From NCBI RefSeq assembly GCF_041909655.1, contig NZ_JAYRDA010000006.1:87274-151273 (forward strand): 64,000 bases of DNA. The letters run 5' to 3'. Under the pieces are notes generated by a model that ran no database searches, was not told where the DNA came from, and saw only the letters and a list, made by a program, of their open reading frames with translations. Positions 18,598-29,306 of the stretch are shown piece after piece (position 1 is the first letter of the stretch; every line of letters begins with the position of its first letter). Origin of the DNA: Dongia sp. Lineage in GTDB: Bacteria; Pseudomonadota; Alphaproteobacteria; Dongiales; Dongiaceae. The position numbers and the translations under genes are program-made.

Positions 18598-18689
18598 TTG
18601 TCATCCCCCGCGAAGGCGGGGGATCCATGAGTTACTTTCTTCAGTTTTATGCAAACTCGTGGATGGCCCGCCTTCGCGGGCCATGACAA
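18598..18689. repeat. REP-like palindromic element, copy 3
   Basis: TTGTCAT-CCCCCGCGAAGGCGGGGG-ATCCATGAG..CTCGTGGAT-GGCCCGCCTTCGCGGGCC-ATGACAA. Confidence 0.85.
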
Positions 18690-18696
18690 CGACGCA

Positions 18697-19722
18697 TTAC
18701 CCGCCCGTCACACTCATATGCCGTTCGACCGCGGGGCCTGTATGGCGGCGGTCGATGATGAAATCGTGGCCCTTGGGCTTCCGGGTGATCGCTTCGCGGA
18801 TGGCGGCCACCAGAACCTCGTCCGACTCGCTCTGGCGCAAGGGTGCACGGAGGTCGGCGGCATCGTCCTGCCCCAGGCACATATAGAGCGTCCCCGTGCA
18901 GGTCAGGCGCACGCGGTTGCAGGATTCGCAGAAATTATGGGTAAGCGGGGTGATGAAGCCCACGCGCTGACCGGTCTCGGCCAGGGTCACATAGCGGGCA
19001 GGGCCGCCGCTCCGGTGGTCGTTCTCGATGAGCGTCCAGCGCTGGGCGAGATGGCTGCGCAACAATGAGATCGGGTAGAACTGGTCCAGCCGGTTCTCGC
19101 CGCCGATATCGCCCATGGGCATCACTTCGATGAAGGTGATGTCGTGGCCGTTTTCGCCGCACCATTCGATCAGGTGATAAAATTCGTCGTCATTGACGCC
19201 CTTGAGCGCCACCGTGTTGAGCTTCACCCGGATGCCCGCATCCTTGGCCGCCTGGATGCCGTCGAGCACGGGGCCGAGCTTGCCCCAGCGGGTGATGCGG
19301 GTGAATTTCTCGGGATCGAGAGAATCGATCGAGACATTGACTCGCTTCACCCCGCAATCGGCGAGTTCCCGGGCGTACTTCCCGAGCTGGCTGCCATTGG
19401 TGGTGAGGGTCAGTTCCTCGAGCGTCCCGGCCTCAAGGTGACGCGAAAGGTTCCGGATCAGCTGCATGATCCCCTTCCTCACCAGCGGCTCGCCGCCGGT
19501 CAGGCGCAGCTTCTTGACCCCCAGGGCCACGAAGGCACTGCACAGGCGGTCGAGTTCTTCCAGGCTGAGGATCTCGGCCTTGGGCAGGAAGGTCATGTCC
19601 TCGGCCATGCAATAGACGCAGCGGAAGTCGCAGCGATCCGTGACGGAGACGCGCAAATAGGAGATATGGCGACCGAAGGGGTCGATCATGGGCGGTTTGA
19701 CGGGCGTCTCGAGGCTGGTCAT
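18697..19722 (-). CDS. moaA: GTP 3',8-cyclase (molybdenum cofactor biosynthesis)
   Basis: [17 protein letters not shown] radical SAM motif, [12 protein letters not shown]-terminal GG. Confidence 0.97.
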   Translation of the reverse strand: MTSLETPVKPPMIDPFGRHISYLRVSVTDRCDFRCVYCMAEDMTFLPKAEILSLEELDRLCSAFVALGVKKLRLTGGEPLVRKGIMQLIRNLSRHLEAGTLEELTLTTNGSQLGKYARELADCGVKRVNVSIDSLDPEKFTRITRWGKLGPVLDGIQAAKDAGIRVKLNTVALKGVNDDEFYHLIEWCGENGHDITFIEVMPMGDIGGENRLDQFYPISLLRSHLAQRWTLIENDHRSGGPARYVTLAETGQRVGFITPLTHNFCESCNRVRLTCTGTLYMCLGQDDAADLRAPLRQSESDEVLVAAIREAITRKPKGHDFIIDRRHTGPAVERHMSVTGG

Positions 19723-19934
19723 CCGTGGAATATAGGGGGCTTGCCGCCGATTTTCCTCCCCAAATCTTGGATGGGCTTTGAGCTATGCGCGGGAGCGAGG
19801 GGCCGCCCGCCCAAAACGGAGGCGAATCCGAGGCTAAAACGGGCTCAAATGCCTTGTTTTGCCTAGAAAAACTCTAAATAATCGCGTTTCGCGCCGCAAC
19901 ACAGCCAGTAGCCACGCATTTCGGGTTTTTGAGC

Positions 19935-22607
19935 ATGCAGACCGCCAAAGATATTCGCCGCGTTTTCCTCGATTACTTCCGCAAGGAAGGGCACGAAATC
20001 GTGCCCTCGTCGCCGCTCGTCCCGCGCAACGACCCCACCTTGATGTTCGTGAATTCGGGCATGGTCCAGTTCAAGAACGTCTTCACGGGGCAGGAAAAAC
20101 GCGATTACGTCCGCGCCTCGACCGCCCAGAAATGCGTCCGCGCCGGCGGCAAGCACAATGACCTCGAGAATGTCGGCTATACCGCCCGGCACCATACGTT
20201 CTTTGAAATGCTGGGGAATTTCAGCTTCGGCGATTATTTCAAGGAACGCGCGATCGAGCTCGCCTGGAACCTCATCACCAAGGAATACGGCCTCCCTAAG
20301 GACAAGCTGACCGTCACTGTCTTCATCGACGATGACGAAGCGCATGGCCTGTGGAAGAAGATCGCCGGCCTCTCGGATTCCAAGATCATCCGCATCGCGA
20401 CCTCGGACAATTTCTGGGCCATGGGCGATACCGGCCCCTGCGGCCCCTGCTCGGAAATCTTCTACGACCATGGCGACAAGATCGCCGGTGGTCCCCCGGG
20501 CTCGCCGGATGCCGATGGCGACCGCTTCATCGAAATCTGGAACCTGGTCTTCATGCAATATGAGCAGGTCTCGAAGGAAGAGCGGGTGAGCCTGCCGCGC
20601 CCCTCGATCGATACCGGCATGGGGCTGGAGCGTCTCACCGCCGTGCTCCAGGGGAAGCACGACAATTACGACATCGATCTGATGCGCAATCTGATCGAAG
20701 CCTCGGCCCATGCCTCCAATACCGATCCGGATGGCCCGCTCAATGTCAGCCACCGGGTCATTGCCGACCATCTGCGCTCCAGCGCTTTCCTGGTGGCCGA
20801 TGGCGTGATGCCGTCGAATGACGGGCGCGGCTATGTGCTCCGGCGCATCATGCGCCGGGCCATGCGCCATGCGCATCTCCTGGGCTGCAAGGATCCCTTG
20901 ATGTGGAAGCTGGTCCCGGCGCTGGTTGCCGAAATGGGGCTGGCCTATCCGGAACTCGGCCGCGCCGAATCCGCGATCACCGAGACGCTGAAGCTGGAGG
21001 AGACGCGTTTCAAGCAGACGCTGGAAACCGGCCTTAAGGAACTGGAAGGTGCCATCGCCTCGAAGAGCGGCCTCACCAATGACGGCAAGCTTTCGGGCAG
21101 CGTCGCCTTTGCGCTCTCCGACAGCCGCGGCTTCCCGCTCGATCTCACCCAATCCATCCTGCGCGACAAGGGGATCGAAGTGGATGTCGAGGGGTTCAAC
21201 GCCGAGCTCGAGAAGCAGCGCGAGCGCAGCCGCGCCGCCTGGTCGGGTTCAGGCGAGGCTGCCACGGAGAAGATCTGGTTCGAGATCCGCCAGCGCCTCG
21301 GCGCCACCGATTTCCTCGGCTATTCGACCGAGAAGGCGGAAGGGCAGATTCTCACTCTGGTCAAGGGCGGCCAGGAAGTCACGGAGGCGAAGACCGGCGA
21401 CGAGGTCGCGATTGTTGCCAACCAGACGCCGTTCTATGGTGAATCCGGCGGCCAGATGGGCGATGCCGGCAAGCTGGTCACGGCGAGCGGCGCGGTGATT
21501 GACGTGACCGACACGCAGAAGAAGCTGGGCGATCTCCATGTCCATCTGGGCCGGGTCGTGAAGGGCAGCGTCAAGACCGGCGAGGCGGTCGAGATGCTGG
21601 TCGATCACGGGCGCCGCGCAGGGTTGCGGGCGCATCATTCAGCGACCCATCTGTTGCACGAGGCCTTGCGCCGCCGCCTGGGGACGCATGTCACCCAGAA
21701 GGGCTCACTGGTGGCGCCTGATCGCCTGCGCTTCGATTTCTCGCATACCAAGGGCATGACGCCCGAGGACATTGCCTGGGTCGAGCATGAAGTGAACAAG
21801 CGCATCCGCGCCAATGCCGATGTAGCCACAAAGCTGATGACGCCGGATGACGCCATCGCCGCCGGCGCCATGGCGCTCTTTGGCGAGAAGTATGGCGAGG
21901 AGGTGCGCGTCGTTTCCATGGGTGGCCGTGAAGAGGTTGAGCCCAAGGAATTCTCGACCGAGCTCTGCGGCGGCACCCATGTGCATCGCACCGGCGATAT
22001 CGGATTCCTGAAGATCGTCTCTGAAGGCGCCGTCGGCGCGGGCCTGCGCCGGATCGAGGCGGTGACGGGTGCTGCGGCGGAAAACTTTGTGGCTGAACAG
22101 CAGAAGCAGCTCGCGGAAGCCGCTGCGGCGATCAAGGCATTGCCGCAGGAATTGCCGCAGCGCATCGTCAGTCTGCTGGAGGAGCGCAAGAAGCTGGAGC
22201 GGGAACTCGCCGAGGCGCGCAAGACCATCGCGACCGGCGGCTCGTCGGCGGCAGCCGAAGTGCAGGATGTTGGCGGTGTCAAGTTCTCCGGCCGTGTGCT
22301 GGAAGGCGTGCCGGCCAAGGAACTCAAAGGCATGGCGGACGAGTTGAAGAAGAAACTCGGCTCCGGTGTCGTGGCGCTCGTGGCGACCGCCGACGGCAAG
22401 GCCTCGATTGTGGTCGGTGTCACTGACGATCTCACCGGCCGCTTGAGTGCGGTCGACTTGGTGAAGGCCGCAAGTGCTGCGATCGGCGGGCAGGGCGGCG
22501 GCGGCCGGCCGGACATGGCGCAGGCGGGTGGTCCCGATGCGGGGCGCGCGCAGGACGCGGTGAGCGCCATCGAAGAGATGCTGCGCGGCCACGTGAAAGC
22601 GGCATGA
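19935..22607 (+). CDS. alaS: Alanine--tRNA ligase
   Basis: [19 protein letters not shown], editing HSATHLLH and [20 protein letters not shown]. Confidence 0.98.
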   Translation: MQTAKDIRRVFLDYFRKEGHEIVPSSPLVPRNDPTLMFVNSGMVQFKNVFTGQEKRDYVRASTAQKCVRAGGKHNDLENVGYTARHHTFFEMLGNFSFGDYFKERAIELAWNLITKEYGLPKDKLTVTVFIDDDEAHGLWKKIAGLSDSKIIRIATSDNFWAMGDTGPCGPCSEIFYDHGDKIAGGPPGSPDADGDRFIEIWNLVFMQYEQVSKEERVSLPRPSIDTGMGLERLTAVLQGKHDNYDIDLMRNLIEASAHASNTDPDGPLNVSHRVIADHLRSSAFLVADGVMPSNDGRGYVLRRIMRRAMRHAHLLGCKDPLMWKLVPALVAEMGLAYPELGRAESAITETLKLEETRFKQTLETGLKELEGAIASKSGLTNDGKLSGSVAFALSDSRGFPLDLTQSILRDKGIEVDVEGFNAELEKQRERSRAAWSGSGEAATEKIWFEIRQRLGATDFLGYSTEKAEGQILTLVKGGQEVTEAKTGDEVAIVANQTPFYGESGGQMGDAGKLVTASGAVIDVTDTQKKLGDLHVHLGRVVKGSVKTGEAVEMLVDHGRRAGLRAHHSATHLLHEALRRRLGTHVTQKGSLVAPDRLRFDFSHTKGMTPEDIAWVEHEVNKRIRANADVATKLMTPDDAIAAGAMALFGEKYGEEVRVVSMGGREEVEPKEFSTELCGGTHVHRTGDIGFLKIVSEGAVGAGLRRIEAVTGAAAENFVAEQQKQLAEAAAAIKALPQELPQRIVSLLEERKKLERELAEARKTIATGGSSAAAEVQDVGGVKFSGRVLEGVPAKELKGMADELKKKLGSGVVALVATADGKASIVVGVTDDLTGRLSAVDLVKAASAAIGGQGGGGRPDMAQAGGPDAGRAQDAVSAIEEMLRGHVKAA

Positions 22608-22635
22608 GGTCCGGCGCGGCGGAGAGTTCATCAGC

Positions 22636-23433
22636 ATGACCGCCGCCGCGATCGCCATCGTTCTCACCCTCACGGCCATCTGGGCCATGGGCACGCAGTT
22701 CCTGCTGCCCGGACGCCTCAAATGGCGCGTGGTGGGGCTTGCTTTGGCGTTGGGCGCCCTGTCGCCACTGCCGATCTTCCTGGCGCTCAATCTGCGCGAT
22801 GCCTTCAGTTTCCCCGACAATCCCGGGCTCGGCGATGCGCTGGCGGCGAGCTTTCTGCTGGCGGCGCTGCCGGAGGAATTGGTCAAGGGCATCGCCGTCC
22901 TCATTGCCATCCTGCTGCTCAGGCATCTCTCGGTCTTTCATCAGGATGTCGATCAGGCGACCGCCTTCCGCTTGCCGATTCTCTGCGGGCTTGGTTTCGC
23001 CGCGGTCGAGAACGTGGCCTACAGCCTCAATGCGGGATTGGCCGAGATGGCCGGCAAGCAATTCGGCAACCCCTTGATGATCCCCTTCGCGCGGACCATC
23101 ATGGCCAGCCTGCTGCATGCCTCGCTGGGCTGCCTGATGGGATATTTCCTGACGCGCTTCGTGACGAACGGCCGCCTCAACTGGCTAGCAGCGCTGGCCG
23201 GCTACGCCGCCGCAGTGATCGGCCATGCCGCGGTCAATTGGGGCCTCATCGCCGTGGTCTTCCAATTGGTCAAGGACGGGCACCAGATCGACGAGGTCGA
23301 TCTTGCCGCGCTGGCGCCGCACATCATGCTGGCGGCGGTGTTGATTCCCAGCGTCATCGCGGCGGCGGTGATCTGCGTGGTGCTGATGCGCCGGCGATTG
23401 CGGCGGCAAGCGCTTCAGGCGATCCCGGCCTGA
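22636..23433 (+). CDS. PrsW-family intramembrane metalloprotease
   Basis: PEELVKG (EExxK), GLGFAAVEN (FxxxE), LLHAS (H), GHAAVN (HxxxN); multi-TM. Confidence 0.8.
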   Translation: MTAAAIAIVLTLTAIWAMGTQFLLPGRLKWRVVGLALALGALSPLPIFLALNLRDAFSFPDNPGLGDALAASFLLAALPEELVKGIAVLIAILLLRHLSVFHQDVDQATAFRLPILCGLGFAAVENVAYSLNAGLAEMAGKQFGNPLMIPFARTIMASLLHASLGCLMGYFLTRFVTNGRLNWLAALAGYAAAVIGHAAVNWGLIAVVFQLVKDGHQIDEVDLAALAPHIMLAAVLIPSVIAAAVICVVLMRRRLRRQALQAIPA

Positions 23434-23499
23434 AGCGGGGGTGATCCATTCCCGTTTTCAGGCCGTAAAGCTCCGGTGATTCCATCCCGGAGATCTTCC

Positions 23500-24132
23500 A
23501 TGAACCTGCATCGTCCCCTTGCCCTCACAGAAACCCTGACTGCCGAGCGCTCGCAGGCCTTGGCGCGCCGGCCCAGCAAGGCGGCGGCGGAAGAGGCGAT
23601 CCGCACGATCATCGCCTATGCCGGGGACGACCCCGATCGCGAGGGCTTGCTGGGCACGCCGGAACGCGTGGCGCGCTCCTACGACGAATTTTATGCCGGC
23701 TATTTCGACGATCCGGTGGCGATCCTGCAGCGCACCTTCGAGGAGATCGAGGGCTATGACGAGCTTGTCCTTCTCAAGGACATCCCCTTTGTCAGCCACT
23801 GCGAGCATCATCTGGCGCCGATCGTCGGCCGCGCCCATGTCGGCTATCTGCCGAAAGCGCGCGTGGTGGGAATCAGCAAGCTCGCGCGGGTGGTCGAGGT
23901 CTATGCCCGCCGCATGCAAATCCAGGAAAAGATGACGGCGCAAATCGCCAACACCATCCAGCAGGTGCTGGAGCCACTGGGCGTCGGCGTCGTGATCGAG
24001 GCCGAGCACCATTGCATGACCACGCGCGGCGTCAACAAGCCGGGTGTCACCATGACGACGTCGACCTTGCTGGGCTCCTTCCGCGACAATCCGGAAACGC
24101 GCCGCGAATTCCAGCGCCTGATCGGGCGATAG
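23500..24132 (+). CDS. folE: GTP cyclohydrolase I
   Basis: [38 protein letters not shown]. Confidence 0.96.
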   Translation: MNLHRPLALTETLTAERSQALARRPSKAAAEEAIRTIIAYAGDDPDREGLLGTPERVARSYDEFYAGYFDDPVAILQRTFEEIEGYDELVLLKDIPFVSHCEHHLAPIVGRAHVGYLPKARVVGISKLARVVEVYARRMQIQEKMTAQIANTIQQVLEPLGVGVVIEAEHHCMTTRGVNKPGVTMTTSTLLGSFRDNPETRREFQRLIGR

Positions 24133-24141
24133 AACATTGCG

Positions 24142-24169
24142 TTGACAGCTACCGGAGCCGCATTAAACT
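24142..24169 (+). promoter_or_regulatory. Sigma70-type promoter of the thi operon
   Basis: TTGACA-N16-TAAACT immediately upstream of the TPP aptamer. Confidence 0.6.
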
Positions 24170-24179
24170 GCCTGCCGTT

Positions 24180-24265
24180 GTGACGCGGGGTGTCCGTTCT
24201 CGAAAGGGACGGGCTGAGATCATACCCGAAGAACCTGATCTGGATCATGCCAGCGAAGGGATCGT
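24180..24265 (+). ncRNA. TPP riboswitch aptamer
   Basis: GGGGTG..GCTGAGA..TACCC..GAACCTGATCTGGATCATGCCAGCGAAGG consensus, upstream of thiamine genes. Confidence 0.95.
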
Positions 24266-24315
24266 TGCACCGCCCGGCAAGCGGCTGATCTATTTCCCCT
24301 TGTCTGCTGGTGTTC

Positions 24316-24339
24316 CTCCCTTTCATGCGCGCAAGGGAG
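24316..24339 (+). promoter_or_regulatory. Anti-Shine-Dalgarno sequestering hairpin (riboswitch expression platform)
   Basis: CTCCCTT pairs with AAGGGAG, the Shine-Dalgarno 10 nt before the thiM ATG. Confidence 0.65.
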
Positions 24340-24348
24340 ATACGACCG

Positions 24349-25152
24349 ATGCCGACTTTACCGACCGAAGCCGATTTTGCCGATGCGCTAGGCGCCATCC
24401 GCGCGACGGCGCCACTCATCCACAATATGACCAATATCGTTGTGGCCAATGTCACGGCGAATGCGCTGCTCGCCATCGGTGCCTCGCCGGCGATGGTCGA
24501 GAATACCGAGGAGGCGGCCGAGCTTGCCGCCATTGCCGGTGCGGTGGTGGTCAATCTCGGCACTTTGTCGCCGGATTGGGCGGCGGCGATGCGCCTGGCG
24601 ACCCAGCGGGCACAGCAGGAAGGGCGGCCCTGGCTGCTCGATCCGGTGGCGGTGGGGGCACTCGGCTATCGCACGCGATTGGCGGCGGACCTCATCGAAC
24701 ATGGCCCGGCCATCATCCGCGGCAATGCCTCCGAAATCGTGGCGCTGGCAGGCGAGGCATCGGGCGGCAAGGGCGTCGACAGTACGCTTGGATCGGACGC
24801 CGCCATCGATGCCGCGAAATCTCTGGCGCGGCGTTATCACACGGTGGTGGCGGTCAGCGGCGCAATCGATTACGTGACCGACGGATCGCGCCTTGCCGGC
24901 ATTGCCAACGGCCATCCCATCATGACGCGTGTCACCGGCATGGGCTGCACGGCCAGCGCCATCTGCGGCGCCTATCTCGCCGTGCTCGAGGACCCGTTCA
25001 TGGCGGCCGTGCAGGGCATGGCGGTAATGGGGGTCGTGGGCGAGATCGCACAAGGCATCTCGGCCGGCCCCGGCTCGTTTCAGGTGGCCTTCCTCGACAC
25101 GCTTCACGGCATCGATGCCGGTCGATTGGCGCAGAGGGCGAGGCTGTCATGA
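24349..25152 (+). CDS. thiM: Hydroxyethylthiazole kinase
   Basis: PLIHNMTN, LLDPVAVG, IIRGNASEI, TGMGC. Confidence 0.93.
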   Translation: MPTLPTEADFADALGAIRATAPLIHNMTNIVVANVTANALLAIGASPAMVENTEEAAELAAIAGAVVVNLGTLSPDWAAAMRLATQRAQQEGRPWLLDPVAVGALGYRTRLAADLIEHGPAIIRGNASEIVALAGEASGGKGVDSTLGSDAAIDAAKSLARRYHTVVAVSGAIDYVTDGSRLAGIANGHPIMTRVTGMGCTASAICGAYLAVLEDPFMAAVQGMAVMGVVGEIAQGISAGPGSFQVAFLDTLHGIDAGRLAQRARLS

Positions 25153-25784
25153 CCGCGTTCAATCCCGCGCTCTATCTCGTTGCCGATCAGCAATTCTGCC
25201 GGCAAGGCGGCATCGAGGCGATCGTGGCCGAGGCCATCGCTGGCGGTGTCACCATGGTGCAGTTGCGGGGCGATCGCCGCGATCTCCGGCAATTGCTGGC
25301 CGATGCCCAGGCCTTGCGCAGGGTGACGGCGAAGGCCGGCGTTGCCTTCGTCGTCAACGATCATCTGGACATCGCACTCGCCGCCAAGGCCGATGGCGTG
25401 CATGTGGGACAGGCCGACATGCCGGCGCCTTTCGCCCGGCAATTGCTGGGCAAGAACAAGATCGTCGGGCTCTCGGTCACCAATGCCGCGGAACTCGTGG
25501 GCATTGATCCGGCGCTGGTTGATTATGTCGGTCTCGGCCCGGTTTTCCCGACGCAATCGAAGATCGACGCGGCACCCGCTTTGGGGCTCGAAGGTTTCAG
25601 CGATCTCTGCCGCTACATCCCGCTGCCGGTCGTCGCCATCGGCGGCATCAAGCCCGAGAACGCGGCGGATGTCGTCGCAGCCGGCGCCGATGGCATCGCT
25701 GTGGTCTCGGCGATCTGCAGTGCCGCCGACCCGCGCGCGGCGGCGGCGGCGCTTGCGCAATCCATGGCGGGAGCGAAAAAATGA
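25149..25784 (+). CDS. thiE: Thiamine-phosphate synthase
   Basis: GVTMVQLR, VNDHLD, GVHVGQAD, PTQSK, VAIGGI. It is the 3' part of track ORF 24012-25784. Confidence 0.93.
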   Translation: MTAFNPALYLVADQQFCRQGGIEAIVAEAIAGGVTMVQLRGDRRDLRQLLADAQALRRVTAKAGVAFVVNDHLDIALAAKADGVHVGQADMPAPFARQLLGKNKIVGLSVTNAAELVGIDPALVDYVGLGPVFPTQSKIDAAPALGLEGFSDLCRYIPLPVVAIGGIKPENAADVVAAGADGIAVVSAICSAADPRAAAAALAQSMAGAKK

Positions 25785-26596
25785 TCCCCAATGTTCTCAG
25801 CATCGCCGGCAGCGATCCCAGCGGTGGGGCCGGCATTCAGGCGGACCTCAAGACCTTCTCGGCGCTTGGCTGCTATGGCGGCGCAGTACTGACGGCGCTC
25901 ACCGCGCAGAACACGCGCGGCGTCTTGGGCGTCGAAACCGTTTCCGCCGGTTTCGTGGCGCAGCAGATCGACGCGGTGTTCGACGATCTTCGCATCGACG
26001 CGGTGAAGATCGGCATGCTGGCGAATGCCGCGATCATTGCGGCGGTGGCGGATTGTCTCCGGCGCTGGCAGCCGCGCTGGATCGTGCTAGATCCCGTCAT
26101 GGTAGCCAAGAGCGGTCATCATCTGCTCGATGCGGACGCGGTCGACGCCCTGCGCCGCGACTTGCTGCCCTTGGCGAGCATCGCCACACCCAATTTGCCG
26201 GAAGCGGCGGTCCTGCTGGACATGGACGAGCCGGTCGATTGGGCCGGCATGGAGCGATTGGCCGATACCTGGCAGGCGCGCTTTGGTACAGCCTTGTTGC
26301 TCAAAGGTGGCCATCTCACCGGGGCAGCAAGTCCGGATCTGCTGGCCATTGATGCGTCGCGTCATCGCTTTGATGCGATCCGGATCGGCACCGGCAACAC
26401 GCACGGGACCGGCTGCACCTTGTCATCGGCCATCGCCGCCTTGCTGCCGCGGCACGCCGATATCGCTGCGGCGGTCGGCGCGGCCAAGGCCTATCTCACC
26501 GGCGCCATCGCGGCGAGCGGCGAGCTCGACGTGGGCCATGGGCATGGACCGGTCCATCATTTTCACCAGCTCTGGAAGACGGGACATACATCATGA
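25781..26596 (+). CDS. thiD: Hydroxymethylpyrimidine/phosphomethylpyrimidine kinase
   Basis: IAGSDPSGGAGIQADLKT, AVKIGML, TPNLPEA, THGTGCTLS. Confidence 0.95.
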   Translation: MIPNVLSIAGSDPSGGAGIQADLKTFSALGCYGGAVLTALTAQNTRGVLGVETVSAGFVAQQIDAVFDDLRIDAVKIGMLANAAIIAAVADCLRRWQPRWIVLDPVMVAKSGHHLLDADAVDALRRDLLPLASIATPNLPEAAVLLDMDEPVDWAGMERLADTWQARFGTALLLKGGHLTGAASPDLLAIDASRHRFDAIRIGTGNTHGTGCTLSSAIAALLPRHADIAAAVGAAKAYLTGAIAASGELDVGHGHGPVHHFHQLWKTGHTS

Positions 26597-27270
26597 GCTC
26601 CTTCATCGCGACCGCGCGCCAGCAGAACGCCGATCTGCGCCAGGCCATCCACGCGCTGCCGTTCAACCGGGAACTGGGGCAGGGCGTGCTGCGCCAGGGC
26701 CGCTTCCAGCATTACCTTATCCAGGACGGTCTCTATCTCACCGATTATGCGCGGGCCCTGGCAGCGCTTGCGGCGAAGGCGCCTGATGCGCGGCTGATCG
26801 CCCAATTCGCCGAGAACGCGGCGGGCGCGGTGCATTTCGAGCAGGCGATGCAGCAGACCTATCTCGCACAATTCGGGATTGATGCCGCCACGGCGCAGGC
26901 CGCCGAACGCTCGCCGACCTGTCTCGGCTATACCAGCTTCTTGCTGGCCGAGTCCGTGACGGGTTCCTATGAAACCCTGCTCGCCGCCGTCCTGCCCTGT
27001 TTCAGTATCTACGCGGAAGTGGGCTTGGCAATCGCCGCCGATGCGGTGCCCGACAATCCCTATCAGGCCTGGATCGACACCTATGCCTCGGATGAATTCC
27101 AGGGCGCCGTGCGTGCGGCCGAGGCAGCGGCGGAGACGGCCTTTGCCCATGCTGGTTCGTTATGCCAGGCGCGAATGCTGGCGCTCTTTCAGCGCTCGGT
27201 CGAATTCGAATGGATGTTCTGGGACGCCGCCTACCGCCTGGAGACCTGGCCGACGGCGCAATATCGCTAA
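26593..27270 (+). CDS. tenA: Thiaminase II / TenA
   Basis: YLIQDGLYL, LPCFSIY (catalytic Cys), WIDTY, EWMFWD. Confidence 0.88.
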   Translation: MSSFIATARQQNADLRQAIHALPFNRELGQGVLRQGRFQHYLIQDGLYLTDYARALAALAAKAPDARLIAQFAENAAGAVHFEQAMQQTYLAQFGIDAATAQAAERSPTCLGYTSFLLAESVTGSYETLLAAVLPCFSIYAEVGLAIAADAVPDNPYQAWIDTYASDEFQGAVRAAEAAAETAFAHAGSLCQARMLALFQRSVEFEWMFWDAAYRLETWPTAQYR

Positions 27271-27278
27271 AAAAGAAA

Positions 27279-27311
27279 ACGGGCGATGCGAGGGGTTCCC
27301 GCATCGCCCGT
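27279..27311. terminator. Intrinsic terminator between convergent tenA and the cyclophilin gene
   Basis: ACGGGCGATGCG-N9-CGCATCGCCCGT, with an A-run 5' (U-tract on the minus strand). Confidence 0.8.
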
Positions 27312-27322
27312 GAGACGTCGAT

Positions 27323-27862
27323 TTACTTCGCGTCGGCGGCGACCTGGACTTTCACGATTTTGTCCGGGTTGGTGACGGCGCCGTTATTGGCTTCCGTGCC
27401 CGGCGTGATGCGGTCGACGAAATGCATGCCGTCGATCACCTGGCCCCAGATGGTGTATTTGCCGTCGAGGAACGGGGCGTCGCCGAAGCAGATGAAGAAC
27501 TGGCTGTCGGCGCTGTTGGGGTCCTGCGCGCGGGCCATCGAGACGGTGCCGCGCACATGCTTCATGCTGCTGAACTCGGCCGGCAGGTTCTGGCCAGAGC
27601 CGCCCGTGCCGGTGCCCGTGGGATCGCCCATCTGCGCCATGAAGCCCGGGATGACGCGGTGGATCGGCGTGCCGTCGAAGAAGCCCTGGCGCGCCAGTTC
27701 CTTCATGCGGGCCACGGTCTGCGGCGCCACGTTCGGCAGCAATTCGATCACCACGCGGCCGTCCTTGAGGTCGAGGAAGAGCGTGTTCTCGGGATCGGCG
27801 GCAAAGCTTGGTGCGCTGGCGCCGATGAAGAGGGTCAGAGCCAGGAGGAGTCGTTTCAACAT
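27323..27862 (-). CDS. Cyclophilin-type peptidyl-prolyl isomerase, exported
   Basis: Signal peptide; HRVIPGFMAQMGDP, SMARAQDPNSADSQFFI, YTIWGQV. Confidence 0.92.
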   Translation of the reverse strand: MLKRLLLALTLFIGASAPSFAADPENTLFLDLKDGRVVIELLPNVAPQTVARMKELARQGFFDGTPIHRVIPGFMAQMGDPTGTGTGGSGQNLPAEFSSMKHVRGTVSMARAQDPNSADSQFFICFGDAPFLDGKYTIWGQVIDGMHFVDRITPGTEANNGAVTNPDKIVKVQVAADAK

Positions 27863-27867
27863 GATGA

Positions 27868-29082
27868 TCAGCCCATCGCTTTCTTGAGGTTCTCGTCGAG
27901 CTTGTCGAGGAACTGGGTGGTGGTCAGCCATTTCTGGTCGGGGCTGATGAGAAGGGCGAGATCCTTGGTCATGAAACCGGATTCGACCGTGTCGACGCAG
28001 ATCTTCTCGAGATTTTCGGCGAATTTCTGCAGCTCGGGCGTGTTGTCGAACTTGCCGCGATACCAGAGGCCGCGCGTCCAGGCATAGATCGAGGCAATGG
28101 GGTTGGTCGATGTTTCCTTGCCCTTCTGGTGCTCGCGGTAGTGACGCGTCACCGTGCCATGGGCGGCCTCGGCTTCCACCGTCTTGCCGTCCGGCGAGAG
28201 CAGGACCGAGGTCATGAGGCCCAGCGAGCCGAAGCCCTGTGCCACGGTATCCGATTGCACGTCGCCGTCATAGTTCTTGCAGGCCCAGACGAAACCACCG
28301 GACCATTTGAGGGCCGAGGCGACCATGTCGTCGATCAGGCGATGTTCGTAATGAATCTTCTTCGCCTTGAACTGATCGGCGAATTCCTTGTCATACACTT
28401 CCTGGAAGATGTCCATGAAACGGCCGTCATAGATCTTGAGGATCGTGTTCTTGGTCGAGAGATAGACCGGCCAGCCCAGCATCAGGCCGTAATTGAAGCA
28501 GGCACGGGCAAAGCCACGGATCGAATCGTCGAGGTTGTACATGCCCATGGCGACGCCGGCGCCGGGGAATTTGAAGATTTCCTTCTCGATCGGCGCGCCG
28601 CCGTCTTCCGGCACGAAGGTCATGGTGAGCCGGCCCTTGCCCGGCACGATGAAATCGGTGGCGCGGTATTGATCGCCGAAGGCATGGCGGCCGATGACGA
28701 TCGGCTGCGTCCAGCCCGGGACCAAACGCGGCACGTTCTTGCAGATGATCGGCTGGCGGAACACGGTGCCGTCGAGGATGTTGCGGATGGTGCCGTTGGG
28801 CGACTTCCACATTGATTTGAGATTGAACTCCTTCACGCGGCCTTCGTCCGGCGTGATGGTCGCGCATTTGACGCCGACGCCATATTGCTTGATCGCGTTG
28901 GCGGCATCGATCGTGATCTGGTCGCCGGTCTTGTCGCGGCTTTCGACGCCGAGGTCGTAATACTTCAGGTCGATGTCGAGATAGGGCAGGATCAGCTTGT
29001 TCTTGATGAATGCCCAGATGATGCGAGTCATCTCATCGCCGTCGAGCTCGACGACCGGAGTCTTGACCTTGATCTTTGCCAT
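27868..29082 (-). CDS. icd: NADP-dependent isocitrate dehydrogenase
   Basis: [49 protein letters not shown]. Confidence 0.97.
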   Translation of the reverse strand: MAKIKVKTPVVELDGDEMTRIIWAFIKNKLILPYLDIDLKYYDLGVESRDKTGDQITIDAANAIKQYGVGVKCATITPDEGRVKEFNLKSMWKSPNGTIRNILDGTVFRQPIICKNVPRLVPGWTQPIVIGRHAFGDQYRATDFIVPGKGRLTMTFVPEDGGAPIEKEIFKFPGAGVAMGMYNLDDSIRGFARACFNYGLMLGWPVYLSTKNTILKIYDGRFMDIFQEVYDKEFADQFKAKKIHYEHRLIDDMVASALKWSGGFVWACKNYDGDVQSDTVAQGFGSLGLMTSVLLSPDGKTVEAEAAHGTVTRHYREHQKGKETSTNPIASIYAWTRGLWYRGKFDNTPELQKFAENLEKICVDTVESGFMTKDLALLISPDQKWLTTTQFLDKLDENLKKAMG

Positions 29083-29306
29083 GAAGCGATTGTCCTTCTG
29101 ATAGAAGCGCCTAGCAGGCGGCGGAATGCCGGGAATGACGCAAAATCGGCGGCAGTCTAGTGGGTGGCCCGGCCGATTTGAAGGATTTTGCTAGGCCATT
29201 GTCGACAGATCTTGTGAGAAACCTTACTGACTCCTGACATTACAATTGTTATACAGGTGAGCCATCCGGGCGGGGAGGCGACAGAGAAACTATCGAGCGC
29301 ATTACT

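Noticed and set aside
14795-18689. Palindromic repeats as a CRISPR array or IS ends
   Set aside because: They are dispersed among ordinary genes, enclose no ORF, and no transposase or cas gene is present.
24012-25784. 590-aa ORF suggesting a large ThiE fusion
   Set aside because: The upstream part crosses the riboswitch and overlaps thiM out of frame. The real thiE starts at 25149.
29213-29228. Possible CRP site TGTGA-N6-TTACT between icd and the ATP-grasp gene
   Set aside because: The second half-site matches only 3 of 5 positions; too weak without a matrix scan.
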